A stretch of 64,000 nt of DNA from an uncultured Dehalococcoidia bacterium (GCA_964612825.1 CAZTCW010000036.1:26603-90602); one strand, 5' to 3'. Shown: positions 1 through 9,756, counted from the first letter of the stretch. Numbers and translations: made by a program. The notes: generated from the sequence alone by a model not told the origin.

Positions 1-159
1 TGCTTGGTTTTCCCAACACTCTCCGATATTTGGGCAGTGAGCTTCTTCACATACAGTGTGGAGGTCACTTTCTCGAAGGAGTGTGCGAAGTTTAAGGAAA
101 TTGGGGCCACCAGGCATCTTGGATTTCATCCATTTTGGTAAACGCTCTTCTCTCAGCAC
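1..159 (-). CDS. lipA: lipoyl synthase, N-terminal fragment (gene runs off window start)
   Basis: Not in the ORF track. Reverse-strand translation from GTG (157-159) gives [53 protein letters not shown], with the LipA N-terminal C-x4-C-x5-C cluster. AAAGGGG SD lies 4 nt upstream; in-frame TAG further upstream. Confidence 0.8.
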   Translation of the reverse strand, partial: MLREERLPKWMKSKMPGGPNFLKLRTLLRESDLHTVCEEAHCPNIGECWENQA

Positions 160-337
160 ATTACCCCTTTCGTAATCATAATAACAGGACTACCCGGTGA
201 AGCCCATACAGAGGTTGACGATTTCGTCAAATTTACTGATCGTTTGGTTAGCAAATCAAATTAGAATCCCACAGTCGAAGTTTAGTGATGCGTCCGTGGC
301 ATGGAAAGGGTAAAATGTTTTAGGAGGAGGTAATGAT

Positions 338-1858
338 TTGTTAGAGAATGTTCGAGTTCGTTATGCTCCGAGCCCTACAGGCGAACCACATTTGGGTAAT
401 ATCCGAACCGCCTTATTCAATTGGCTTTTTGCTCGTCACCATGGCGGAAGTTTTATTGTTCGGTTTGAAGATACGGACCGGGCGAGGTATATCCCGGAAG
501 CACTTCCCAACATTCTGGAAACATTGCGATGGCTTGGATTAGATTGGGACGAGGGGCCGGATTCCAATGATTTCGAATCGGCCGGGTCGTATGGACCATA
601 TATTCAATCCCAAAGACTGCAGTTATACCAGGACACTGTGGGCACTCTTCTAAACAATGGCTATGCGTATCCATGTTACTGCTCTCCAGACCGCCTCAAG
701 GAATTGCGGATTTCACAGCAGAAAACGAAATCGATGTTAGGTTATGATGGCCATTGCCGGCGATTGACTACAGGGGAAAAACAAAAGTTGGAGAAATCTG
801 GAGCCCCCAAGGTTATTCGTTTCCGAATCCCGCGGCAGGGTAGTACGTTAGTTCAGGACCTCATCAGAGGGCAAGTCGTGTGGGAAAATGATCTTTTGGA
901 CGATTTTGTTTTAATCAAATCTGATGGATTCCCAACCTATCATTTGGCTGTGGTAACCGATGACCATCTAATGGAGATTAGCCACGTGATGAGAGCCGAA
1001 GAATGGCTTCCTAGTACCCCAAGGCATTTGATGATTTATGATGCTTTGGGTTGGCGGCCTCCTTCCTTTGCTCACTTACCAATGATCCTTGGTTCGGATC
1101 GATCCAAATTATCAAAACGTCACGGAGCGACTTCAGCCTTATCTTATAAAGAGCAAGGATATTTATCAGATGCCATGTTTAATTTTCTAGCTTTATTAGG
1201 CTGGTCTTTTGACGATAAAACTGAATTATTTTCCAGGGAAGAATTGATATCAGCCTTTTCACTTGAGAGAGTAGCCAAAGCTGGGGCAGTGTTTGATCAA
1301 GAAAAATTAAGTTGGATGAACGGAGTTTATTTACGTAAGCTTTCGGTTGATGAATTTATAACAAACCTTCAACCATTTTTAGAGCGTCCATTCAAATCCG
1401 GTGGGTTACCCGATTCAATTCCCAGAGATTTGGATCGCGAAAGGCTGATCTCAATTGCGCCGTTGATTCAAGAACGGATGAAATTGTTGTCACAGGGAAT
1501 TGACTTAATTAGTCTTTTTCTTGAAGAGAATCCTGCTTACTCCACTAAAATTCTTCTACAGAAAGGTATGGATGTTCCAACCACTTGCCAAGTTTTAATA
1601 TCGACCAGGGCTACCCTAGAATGCGTTGAGCATTGGAATGCTTCAGAATTAGAACGAGCGGTTAGGTTACTTCTTGAAGAGTTAGATCTAAACACCGGGC
1701 AGTTATTTGGATCGATCCGAGCCGCTGTAACTGGTCGAGTGGCAAGCCCTCCTTTGTTCGAGACTATGGATGTTCTGGGTCGAGAAGTATGTGTCGTCAG
1801 ATTGACTCAGGCGATTAATCATCTGGATTCAAGAGACCACTTAGATGAGGGAATGTGA
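338..1858 (+). CDS. gltX: glutamate--tRNA ligase
   Basis: 506 aa. N-terminal RYAPSPTGEPHLGN (HIGH-type motif) and KLSKRHG (KMSKS-type motif). TTG start preceded by AGGAGGAGG SD. Confidence 0.93.
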   Translation: MLENVRVRYAPSPTGEPHLGNIRTALFNWLFARHHGGSFIVRFEDTDRARYIPEALPNILETLRWLGLDWDEGPDSNDFESAGSYGPYIQSQRLQLYQDTVGTLLNNGYAYPCYCSPDRLKELRISQQKTKSMLGYDGHCRRLTTGEKQKLEKSGAPKVIRFRIPRQGSTLVQDLIRGQVVWENDLLDDFVLIKSDGFPTYHLAVVTDDHLMEISHVMRAEEWLPSTPRHLMIYDALGWRPPSFAHLPMILGSDRSKLSKRHGATSALSYKEQGYLSDAMFNFLALLGWSFDDKTELFSREELISAFSLERVAKAGAVFDQEKLSWMNGVYLRKLSVDEFITNLQPFLERPFKSGGLPDSIPRDLDRERLISIAPLIQERMKLLSQGIDLISLFLEENPAYSTKILLQKGMDVPTTCQVLISTRATLECVEHWNASELERAVRLLLEELDLNTGQLFGSIRAAVTGRVASPPLFETMDVLGREVCVVRLTQAINHLDSRDHLDEGM

Positions 1859-2617
1859 TTGACCGCCATCCACGTTAATACTTGCCGCGGTTAATAAATC
1901 AGACCTGTTAGAGCACAGGAAAGCCACGGTGGCCCCGATAGGTTCTGGCCATCCAAATTTCCCCATAGGTAAATTGCGATTGATGAAATCTTCTACAGCT
2001 TCAGGTGTATTGTTTTGGCGAAATCGATCCCAACTCCCCCCTGGGAATAAGATTGATCCAGGTGCGACCGAATTTACTAGAATGTTATGGGGAGCTAAAT
2101 TCACACCTAAATGTTTTGAGAGGCCAATCAATGCTGCTTTGGCAGCCATATAAGTAGGAGTGCCTCCTAATTCCCGCCCATAAATTGAAGCAATATTGAC
2201 TATCCGACCCCATTTCTTTCTTTTCATTTCTGGGAGTACTAACCTAACCATTCTTACCGCGGATAACAAATTTAGTTCCAAAGTGTCTAGCCAGTCTTGA
2301 TCTGAAGCAGAATCGAAATCCCTACCTCCTTTCGTTCCGCCTACATTGTTGACAAGGATTTGTGGGGGCCCGAGAGCTTTACTCGCTTCCTCATAAAATC
2401 GTTTGCATTCCTGGGTATTCGTAACGTCTGCTTCAATCCCAAGAGATCCGGGAGAAATAGCTTTTAATTCTTTCTCGGCAGCGTTGAGGAGTTCTAAATT
2501 ACGAGCACATATTGCCACTTTGCAGCCTTCTCGTGCTAGTGTGATTGCGATTTGTTTTCCAAGGCCATGACTACCCCCTGTGACCAAAGCGACTTTGCCT
2601 TCTATCCCCAAATCCAT
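1841..2617 (-). CDS. short-chain dehydrogenase/reductase (FabG-like)
   Basis: 258 aa. TGGSHGLG Rossmann motif, NNVG, catalytic YMAAKAAL (YxxxK). 3' end overlaps gltX 3' end by 18 nt (convergent). Confidence 0.85.
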   Translation of the reverse strand: MDLGIEGKVALVTGGSHGLGKQIAITLAREGCKVAICARNLELLNAAEKELKAISPGSLGIEADVTNTQECKRFYEEASKALGPPQILVNNVGGTKGGRDFDSASDQDWLDTLELNLLSAVRMVRLVLPEMKRKKWGRIVNIASIYGRELGGTPTYMAAKAALIGLSKHLGVNLAPHNILVNSVAPGSILFPGGSWDRFRQNNTPEAVEDFINRNLPMGKFGWPEPIGATVAFLCSNRSDLLTAASINVDGGQSHSLI

Positions 2618-2626
2618 AACACCTCC

Positions 2627-3541
2627 TTATTTATCTTCTGGTTCAGATATCGAATGCCCCCCAAACGAATTTCGTAAAGAAGAGAGCAGACGATGAGAGA
2701 ATTGGTTTGTGGTTCGGGATTGTAACCGTTCCAAGAGGGAAAGGGAAATAATTGGTGCGGGAACACCTAATTTGATAGATTCTTCGACTAACCAACGAGT
2801 TTCTCCTGAATCTTGGACTGCACTACCAATTTTGCTCAAGTCAGGGTTTTCAACCAGAATTTCAGTAATTAATTCAAGAAGCCAAGAACGTACTACACTC
2901 CCAGAACTCCAAATTTCTGCAATGTTTCCCAAATTAAATTCAAACTCTGATTTGGCCTTGATTATTTCAAACCCTTCGGCAAAAGCCTGCATCATCCCAT
3001 ATTCGATACCGTTATGTACCATTTTTATGAAGTGTCCAGCGCCCGATGGCCCCACTAAACCGTATCCTGATTCAGGGTTGGCAGCCAAAGTTTTGAAAAT
3101 GGGTTCTAATTGATTAAAATTCTCTAGATTTCCTCCGATCATGAGGCTGTACCCTTGTTCCCAACCCCGAATGCCCCCGCTTGTCCCAACGTCCATAAAA
3201 AATAATTCCATTACCTCTAAGGTTTTAGCTCTTCTTATACTGTCTAAAAAATGCGAATTCCCGCCATCAATGATTCCATCTCCGGAAGATAAGTTTCTCG
3301 CTAGGTGAAAGATAGTAGTTTCTGTGGCATCACCCGCTGGTGTCATAACCCACACGATTTTCGGGGCCGATAACTGGTTTAGGAGGTTTTCGATTGAGTG
3401 AGCAGGTTTTGCCCCAAATGGAACTAGAGAATCCACTAATTCCAAGGAGAGATCGAAAACTACGACAGAGTGCCGACCTTTTAGTAGGCGCTTAGTTAAC
3501 CCGCTTCCCATTTTCCCTAATCCAATGACTCCTATTTCCAT
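2627..3541 (-). CDS. gnd: 6-phosphogluconate dehydrogenase, short (about 300 aa, YqeC/Gnd-like) form
   Basis: 304 aa. N-terminal IGLGKMGSGL NAD(P)-binding motif and GAGHFIKMVHNGIEYGMMQ signature of 6PGDH. Confidence 0.8.
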   Translation of the reverse strand: MEIGVIGLGKMGSGLTKRLLKGRHSVVVFDLSLELVDSLVPFGAKPAHSIENLLNQLSAPKIVWVMTPAGDATETTIFHLARNLSSGDGIIDGGNSHFLDSIRRAKTLEVMELFFMDVGTSGGIRGWEQGYSLMIGGNLENFNQLEPIFKTLAANPESGYGLVGPSGAGHFIKMVHNGIEYGMMQAFAEGFEIIKAKSEFEFNLGNIAEIWSSGSVVRSWLLELITEILVENPDLSKIGSAVQDSGETRWLVEESIKLGVPAPIISLSLLERLQSRTTNQFSHRLLSSLRNSFGGHSISEPEDK

Positions 3542-3629
3542 TCCAAGACTCCCTAAGTTAAATCGATACCGTTCTATAACGAAGATAGTATTTATGTATG
3601 AGAAATGGTTTTTACTAGATTTGTTTTCT

Positions 3630-5270
3630 TTAGGGAATTAAAAAACTCTGCAACTCTGACAAGGTATTATTTTTGAGATGGATTCTAACTACTGATCTAC
3701 CTAAGGTTTTTAAGGCTACGAGATCAGCCTCAGCTTGTGCAGAAACCAACATACCGAATGTGTAGGATTTTTCAGGGATTAGAACATCATTTTCATAATC
3801 AGCAATAACTTGAAGGAATCGACCGTTATTTGGTCCTCCTTTGTGTAATTGGCCCGTAGAATGTAGAAATCGTGGTCCATAGCCGAATGTAGTGGTAATT
3901 TGGTATCGTTCGAGGATGTTTCTGCGGATTTGATGGAACGACTGGTCGGTTTCATGGTTTTGCGGGATATAGGCCATAATTGTAAGGTAAGCGTTACTGG
4001 AGGGATCGGTAAGGAGCCCGGTAGGATTTTGTGAATCGGTGGTGGCCTTAAAAGAGCCAGTGAGTTCGTACTCAAGGAGTATTTTGTTAGTCCCGTCTTT
4101 AGCTTCCTGGACATTAGGTTGGTCAAATGGCTGAATCCCCAGGAAACTTGAAGCGACGGCTGTAGCAAATTGCCACAAATAAAACTCCCCGCTTAAATCA
4201 TACTTGTCCTTCAAATTTATTTGTATGGATGGATGTCCGAAACCTTGGATTTCCTTTACGAAATTGTCCAAGTCTTCATTCTCATCTCCCGATAAACGTA
4301 TATAAACAAATAGTCTATCGTTTCCATAATTGGATGGGCTGGATAGCGGTTCGTCATTAATCGGAATGATCCCTCTCCCGTCCTTTCCAGTGCTTTCGGC
4401 AAGCATTTGTTCCACCCAAATTCCGAAACCTTTTAAACCGGGGGAAGCAATTAAAGTTAATTTATCGCGACCTCGAACCCCAAGACTTCCTATTGCGGAA
4501 CCAAGTAGGGCTGCGGGATTCTTTTCTATAGGGACTTCCTTAAGGCATGAACGTCGCATTTCTTTAGCTCGGTGGATAAGTAATTCTGTATTAATTCCTG
4601 TTAAAGTCGCTGGAAGAAGTCCAAAGGCGGAGAGAACAGAGAACCGGCCTCCAATATCCGCGGGATTAAGAATAATTTTTCGGAAATGGTGCTCGAGTGC
4701 AATTTTATGGAGGGGTGAGTCTTTGTCGGTAATCGCGATAAATCGTTCCCCTACTAATTCTTGATTGATAGAATCTTGAAGTGAGGAACGGAAAAACATA
4801 TATAGTGAGTTGGTTTCAATAGACCCCCCGGTTTTTGAGGAAATTATGAAGAGGGTTCTATTTAAATTAATCGAATTAACTACAGTTAGAATCGATTTTG
4901 GGACCGTGGAATCAAGAAGTATGAGTTCCGGGAAACCAGATTTATGATCGAATATACGATTAAGAACTTCTGCGCCTAAAGTGCCTCCACCCATTCCGAT
5001 AAGCACTAAATGACTGAAGCCTTCCCTTTTTATTTGTTCGCCAAATTCCAAAAATTTGCTTAGTTGGGTTTCCGCATACTCGGGGCCTATAAGCCAACCG
5101 AGACGATCTAATACCCCTTTAGGGCTAGGAGACCAAACCGTATAATCTTTTTGCCAAATTCTTTGGATAATCCCCATCCTCTTAACATCTTCTAAGCCGT
5201 CTTGGAAGAATTTGAAATGGGTTCCTAAATTTAGTTGGATTAGATCATTATCTGAAGCCTTTGGCTCCAT
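3630..5270 (-). CDS. pgi: glucose-6-phosphate isomerase
   Basis: 546 aa. SIS-domain motifs IGMGGGTLG and ISSKTGGSIETNS. Sits in a pentose-phosphate context (gnd, rpiB). Confidence 0.8.
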   Translation of the reverse strand: MEPKASDNDLIQLNLGTHFKFFQDGLEDVKRMGIIQRIWQKDYTVWSPSPKGVLDRLGWLIGPEYAETQLSKFLEFGEQIKREGFSHLVLIGMGGGTLGAEVLNRIFDHKSGFPELILLDSTVPKSILTVVNSINLNRTLFIISSKTGGSIETNSLYMFFRSSLQDSINQELVGERFIAITDKDSPLHKIALEHHFRKIILNPADIGGRFSVLSAFGLLPATLTGINTELLIHRAKEMRRSCLKEVPIEKNPAALLGSAIGSLGVRGRDKLTLIASPGLKGFGIWVEQMLAESTGKDGRGIIPINDEPLSSPSNYGNDRLFVYIRLSGDENEDLDNFVKEIQGFGHPSIQINLKDKYDLSGEFYLWQFATAVASSFLGIQPFDQPNVQEAKDGTNKILLEYELTGSFKATTDSQNPTGLLTDPSSNAYLTIMAYIPQNHETDQSFHQIRRNILERYQITTTFGYGPRFLHSTGQLHKGGPNNGRFLQVIADYENDVLIPEKSYTFGMLVSAQAEADLVALKTLGRSVVRIHLKNNTLSELQSFLIP

Positions 5271-5328
5271 TACCTCTCCTTAAGCGAATAGGCGAATGAA
5301 TTGATACGCTGGCAATTCTTGATAGTGC

Positions 5329-5799
5329 TTAATTATCCCGTTTTAAAGATTGGGATTCTATAGTAAGCAGTTTTTGCAATCGTCTTTCGTGGCGTTCTTC
5401 TCTAGAAAAAGAGGCTATAAGAAAGGCTGAAATTATCTCCTTTGCTACTTCGATACCGATTATTCGGGCACCTAGGCAAAGGACGTTCATGTCATCATGT
5501 TCTACTCCTTGGTGGGCAGAATAAACATCATGACAAATGCCTGCCCTAACACCTAAAACTTTATTTGCAGCTATACACGCTCCAACACCGCTTCCGCAAA
5601 TAATCAGCCCTTTATTTGACGCCCCCGAAGCGACATGTTCACCTACTAAGTTTGCAAAATCAGGGTAATCGTCATTGGGATCAAATTCATACGCGCCAAG
5701 GTCATTAACTTTGCAATTTTGCTGATTTAGCCAAAGACGCAGTTCAACTGTTAGCGGGAAGCCTGCATGGTCAGTCCCCAAGGCTAGACTCGTGGTCAC
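5329..5799 (-). CDS. rpiB: ribose-5-phosphate isomerase B
   Basis: 156 aa. LALGTDHAGF and CGSGVGACIAANK motifs typical of RpiB/LacAB. Confidence 0.9.
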   Translation of the reverse strand: MTTSLALGTDHAGFPLTVELRLWLNQQNCKVNDLGAYEFDPNDDYPDFANLVGEHVASGASNKGLIICGSGVGACIAANKVLGVRAGICHDVYSAHQGVEHDDMNVLCLGARIIGIEVAKEIISAFLIASFSREERHERRLQKLLTIESQSLKRDN

Positions 5800-5842
5800 A
5801 TTTCTCCTTTCGCCTCAGATGGTTGTCTAATTGTAAGAGCGA

Positions 5843-5919
5843 TGGCGTCCCAGGCAGGATTCGAACCCGCGACCCGCTGCTTAGAAGGCACCCGCTCTAT
5901 CCGACTGAGCTACTGGGAC
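5843..5919 (-). tRNA. tRNA-Arg (anticodon UCU), CCA encoded
   Basis: Reverse complement GTCCCAG-TA-GCTC-AGTCGGATA-GAGC-G-GGTGC-CTTCTAA-GCAGC-GGGTC-GCGGG-TTCGAAT-CCTGC-CTGGGAC-G-CCA folds as a 77-nt cloverleaf. 7-bp acceptor stem, GTTCGAAT T-loop, anticodon loop C-U-UCU-A-A. One G:G mismatch in the anticodon stem. Confidence 0.9.
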
Positions 5920-5939
5920 ACGTTACAATACTCTCCCTG

Positions 5940-5968
5940 ATGGTATCTAGGGGTGCGACTACTGTCAA
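5940..5968 (-). promoter_or_regulatory. sigma70-like promoter for tRNA-Arg (TTGACA-N17-TACCAT)
   Basis: On the minus strand, TTGACA (5963-5968) and TACCAT (5940-5945) are separated by exactly 17 nt. The -10 ends about 20 nt upstream of the mature tRNA 5' end. Confidence 0.5.
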
Positions 5969-6154
5969 CGGAAACGGTGATCCAAATTTCACTTTATGAG
6001 TGGGTGATTTGGAGTTTCCTGAAGAACATTACCCAATTTCCTGCGAAAATGATAATTTGATGGTTAAATTAAAATCATATCTCGAGGTTAAAATGAGTGA
6101 TGAGAGTCTCGTCAAGTAATAAAAAAAGAAAACGAGATATCCGGGAATTTCTAT

Positions 6155-6163
6155 TGATATAAT
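6155..6163 (+). promoter_or_regulatory. extended -10 promoter element (TGaTATAAT) upstream of the HAD-glmS genes
   Basis: TG-n-TATAAT at 6155-6163, about 54 nt upstream of the TTG start at 6217. No good -35, as expected for extended -10 promoters. Confidence 0.45.
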
Positions 6164-6216
6164 TTCGTCAACTTTTTTCTTTTGTTGCGTAAAGTTTAAA
6201 TTGACTGGGAGGCAAT

Positions 6217-6864
6217 TTGTTTAAAATAAAAGCGATTGCACTTGATTTTGATGGAGTCATCTTAGAATCTGCCGAAATTAAAACGCAAGCATTTTCAGGG
6301 GTATTTAAGAATTACCCGGAACATTTAGACGCCATAGTTGACCATCATCTTAACAATGTCGGTGTTTCGCGGTACGAAAAATTCAAATTCATTTACAAAA
6401 ACATTCTTAAGGCTAAATTAACAGGGAAAGAAATGGATAGGTTAGGTAAATGTTTTACCGAACTAAGCCTTGAAAAAGTGAAGGCCTGCGAGGAAGTCCC
6501 TGGAGCATTGGACTTTCTTAATGGAATCTATGGAACGTATTCTATTTTTATTGTTTCAGGGACTCCACAAAAGGAGCTTGAAGAAGTTATAGAGTTTAGA
6601 GGTTTATCTGGTTATTTTACGAGAGTATTTGGATCTCCTCCAGCTAAAAACAAAATTTTCACCGAAATCCTAGAACGCTGGAGTTTTTATCCGGAAGAAG
6701 TTTTATTTGTAGGAGACTCCATGACGGATTACAAAGAAGCCCATCTTATTGGGGTTCCTTTTATTGGGCGTAAAGGACCAGAAGGAGAAACTTTTCATAG
6801 TATTCGTGTTCCTACTATCTCTGATTTGAGGGAATTGCGTTCCCTTGTCGATTTGAACGATTAG
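6217..6864 (+). CDS. HAD-superfamily hydrolase (phosphatase-like)
   Basis: 215 aa. Motif I ALDFDGVILES (DxDG), later SGTPQ and a VGDSMTDY motif IV-like acidic pair. Confidence 0.8.
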   Translation: MFKIKAIALDFDGVILESAEIKTQAFSGVFKNYPEHLDAIVDHHLNNVGVSRYEKFKFIYKNILKAKLTGKEMDRLGKCFTELSLEKVKACEEVPGALDFLNGIYGTYSIFIVSGTPQKELEEVIEFRGLSGYFTRVFGSPPAKNKIFTEILERWSFYPEEVLFVGDSMTDYKEAHLIGVPFIGRKGPEGETFHSIRVPTISDLRELRSLVDLND

Positions 6865-6909
6865 AGGTATTTTGGTGAGAATGGTTTGAATTGTGAATAA
6901 GGATAATCT

Positions 6910-8703
6910 ATGTGTGGGATAGTGGGATACACTGGACTTTCAATAGCCTTCCCGATTTTGATTAATGCGATGAGCCGTGTCGAATATCGTGGATATGACT
7001 CATGTGGGATAGCAATTCTGGATTCGGGGAAAATTCAAGTTGCTAAGAGCGTTGGGATCGTTGAAGAATTGGAGCGTAAAACCCAACCCTTTTCTGGAAC
7101 AATTGGGATAGGGCATACCCGGTGGGCTACGGTGGGAGAACCGAACGAATTAAACGCGCATCCACATTTAGATTGCGCGAACGAAATTGCTATTGTTCAT
7201 AACGGAGAAATCGAGAATTTTTTGGCCTTAAAACGTTTTTTAGAAAATAGAGGCCATAGTTTCCAATCCGATACAGATAGTGAAGTCTTGGTTCACCTGA
7301 TTGAAGAGCATGGCTATTCCGATCTAGTTCGTTCAGTGGCATCCGCGTTAAAGGAAGTTGAAGGATCATTCGCGCTTACTGTTCTCCAAAAGAATAGCAA
7401 CAAACTGGTTTTGGCTCGTAGAAACAGTCCGTTAGTTCTAGGTGTAGGTGATAAGGAAAATTTTGTAGCATCAGATGTCCCGGCGTTGTTGGAAAAGACA
7501 AACCAAGTGATATACCTTGAAGACGGCGACTTAGGTATCGTATCACCAGAGACGGTTCACTTATGGCATAATGAACTCCCCGTATTTCGTAAGAAACACC
7601 AGATCGATTGGCCATTAGCAGATCTCGACAAAGCTGGGTACCCACATTACATGCTCAAAGAAATTTTTGAACAACCTAGAGTTATCAGGGATATTTTAAC
7701 TGGGAAAATAAATGATACTCGCAGGGTCGTAACCCTTGAAGAGAAGTTGAACGGAGGAGAGTTACCTGAGAAGGTTATTTTCCTAGGTTGCGGGAGTGCC
7801 TATCATGCTGCTTTGTTAGGGGCCCATTTTTTTTCCGAGATTTCTGATTGTATTGTATCTGCTAATGTTGCTTCAGAAGTAGATCTTCGTCGTTCTCCCC
7901 GCACTAAATCATGGGCTGTGTTGCTAACACAATCCGGCGAAACGATCGATACTATTTCGGCTGCAAGATCTGCAAAATCAGCGGGATATTTCACCATAGG
8001 GATCACCAATAACCCTGATAGCAGTATCACGAGAATAATCGATCAAATTATCTATACCGGAGCTGGTTTGGAAGTTAGTGTAGCGTCAACTAAAACATTT
8101 ATTTCTCAATTAATTGGAATCTACCTCATTGGACTCAACTTATTCCCTCCTTCGCAAAATGTTCTGCACCATCTCTTGGGAGAGATACAGCTTTTACCAG
8201 AAAAAGTTCAAAGAGTTCTAGGCATGACTGAGGAAATCAAAAAGGTTTCCAGGATGTTAGCTTTATACGAAAATGTTTTTTTTGTTGGAAAAGGGACTAG
8301 TTATCCGGTCGCACTGGAAGGAGCCTTAAAACTTAAGGAGATCGCTTATATTCATGCAGAGGGGTACCCTGCAGGTGAACTCAAACACGGCCCATTCGCT
8401 CTTTTAAATGAAAATACCCCCGTAATAGCTATTCTTCCAAAAGATGAAACGTATCGTCGAATGTTTAGTACTATCAAGGAGATAAAAGCTCGGGGTGCAC
8501 CAGTCATCGTAATAAGCAACTTTGAGGATTATGAAGTTAATCAGTTAGTTGACTACGTACTTCAATTACCTTCTACGGAACCACTGTTTTCACCCGTAAT
8601 CCAATCAGTAGCTCTCCAGCTTTTAGCATATTTTTGTGCCTCTGAAAGAGGTTTCCCTATCGATCGTCCAAGGAATTTAGCGAAAAGCGTTACCGTTCAC
8701 TGA
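6910..8703 (+). CDS. glmS: glutamine--fructose-6-phosphate aminotransferase (isomerising)
   Basis: 597 aa. MCGIVGY N-terminal nucleophile Cys, two SIS domains, C-terminal ...AKSVTVH. Confidence 0.95.
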   Translation: MCGIVGYTGLSIAFPILINAMSRVEYRGYDSCGIAILDSGKIQVAKSVGIVEELERKTQPFSGTIGIGHTRWATVGEPNELNAHPHLDCANEIAIVHNGEIENFLALKRFLENRGHSFQSDTDSEVLVHLIEEHGYSDLVRSVASALKEVEGSFALTVLQKNSNKLVLARRNSPLVLGVGDKENFVASDVPALLEKTNQVIYLEDGDLGIVSPETVHLWHNELPVFRKKHQIDWPLADLDKAGYPHYMLKEIFEQPRVIRDILTGKINDTRRVVTLEEKLNGGELPEKVIFLGCGSAYHAALLGAHFFSEISDCIVSANVASEVDLRRSPRTKSWAVLLTQSGETIDTISAARSAKSAGYFTIGITNNPDSSITRIIDQIIYTGAGLEVSVASTKTFISQLIGIYLIGLNLFPPSQNVLHHLLGEIQLLPEKVQRVLGMTEEIKKVSRMLALYENVFFVGKGTSYPVALEGALKLKEIAYIHAEGYPAGELKHGPFALLNENTPVIAILPKDETYRRMFSTIKEIKARGAPVIVISNFEDYEVNQLVDYVLQLPSTEPLFSPVIQSVALQLLAYFCASERGFPIDRPRNLAKSVTVH

Positions 8704-8731
8704 GGTATTCGGGATATTTATGGGCTTGATA

Positions 8732-8764
8732 AACCTTGTTTGATTTCTCAGGTCAAACAAGGTT
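8732..8764 (+). terminator. hairpin downstream of glmS (12-bp perfect stem)
   Basis: AACCTTGTTTGA (8732-8743) / loop TTTCTCAGG / TCAAACAAGGTT (8753-8764), followed by ATTCTTCT. Begins 29 nt after the glmS stop. The U-tract is weak. Confidence 0.55.
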
Positions 8765-8817
8765 ATTCTTCTGCTCACATACATTTAGTCTAAAAACAAT
8801 TCATGTGAGGGAAATCA

Positions 8818-9756
8818 TTGCCTAAAATTGTTGTGATAGGTGGGGGGACAGGCTGTCCTGTAATTTTAGAAGGGCTTAAATCCCGAGAGGTTTCTTTAAC
8901 CGCTGTTGTAACTATGATGGATAGTGGGGGTAGCTCCGGCAGGCTAAGAGAGGAATTAAACATTCCTGCAGTAGGTGATTTTAGGCGCTGTTTACAAGCT
9001 ATGGTTGGCCCAAATGAATGGACAGATCTTATATCTAAATTATCAAATTATAGATTTGAAAGCAGTGGCGGATTAGCGGGTCATTCTTTGGGTAACCTGA
9101 TTCTGTCAGGCTTAATTAAATTAGATGGGTCAACAGAATCTGGCTTGGATTCAGCATTAGATTTATTTGGTGTAATTGGGTCCGTTTTACCTGTAACTAC
9201 TGAAAATTCTACCGTTTGCGCAATTCTTTCAGATGGAAGCAAGCTAATTAGTGAAGGAATCATCGATCAGCGGGGAGATAGTGATCTAGGAATCAAAGAA
9301 GTGTATTTGGAGCCTGAAGTTCATGCTGATCCGCGGGTCGTAGAGGCAATCCAGAACTGTGACGCAGTGGTGCTTGCTCCAGGGGATCTCTTTACCAGTT
9401 TAGTGCCTATCCTATTAGTAAATGGGGTTTCTCAAGCGATCGAAGCCTCATCCGCACAGCTAATCATGATTGCAAATCTCCACACAAAAAATAGCGAAAC
9501 AGGTGGGTATAAATTGTCTGATTTTCTATCCACGCTCGTCCAGTATTTGGGTGAGAATACTATTTTTGACAGCGTAATCGCTAATAATGAAAATATCCAG
9601 ATGCATGAAGGTAACCAACGTGTAGAGTTGGATCTTGATGCAAGCAATAACTGGACTCGTGGAATCAAATTGCGACCCGTCGCATCTTTGGAGAATTTGG
9701 GATTTCATGATCCTGTTCGAACCGCGGACGCAATTTTAGAAGTCCTAAACTTGTAA
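8818..9756 (+). CDS. YvcK/GlmR (UPF0052, CofD-like) family protein
   Basis: 312 aa. VIGGGTGCPVILEGLK and DSGGSSGRLREE...GDFRRCL motifs characteristic of the YvcK branch rather than CofD proper. TTG start after GAGGGA. Confidence 0.8.
   Translation: MPKIVVIGGGTGCPVILEGLKSREVSLTAVVTMMDSGGSSGRLREELNIPAVGDFRRCLQAMVGPNEWTDLISKLSNYRFESSGGLAGHSLGNLILSGLIKLDGSTESGLDSALDLFGVIGSVLPVTTENSTVCAILSDGSKLISEGIIDQRGDSDLGIKEVYLEPEVHADPRVVEAIQNCDAVVLAPGDLFTSLVPILLVNGVSQAIEASSAQLIMIANLHTKNSETGGYKLSDFLSTLVQYLGENTIFDSVIANNENIQMHEGNQRVELDLDASNNWTRGIKLRPVASLENLGFHDPVRTADAILEVLNL

Noticed and set aside
160-337. T-box or riboswitch upstream of gltX
   Set aside because: Only 178 nt are shared with the divergent lipA promoter region. 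No conserved T-box elements or terminator hairpin are seen.
6865-6909. glmS ribozyme upstream of glmS
   Set aside because: The gap between the HAD gene and glmS is only 45 nt, far too short for the roughly 170-nt ribozyme, and no conserved core sequence is visible.
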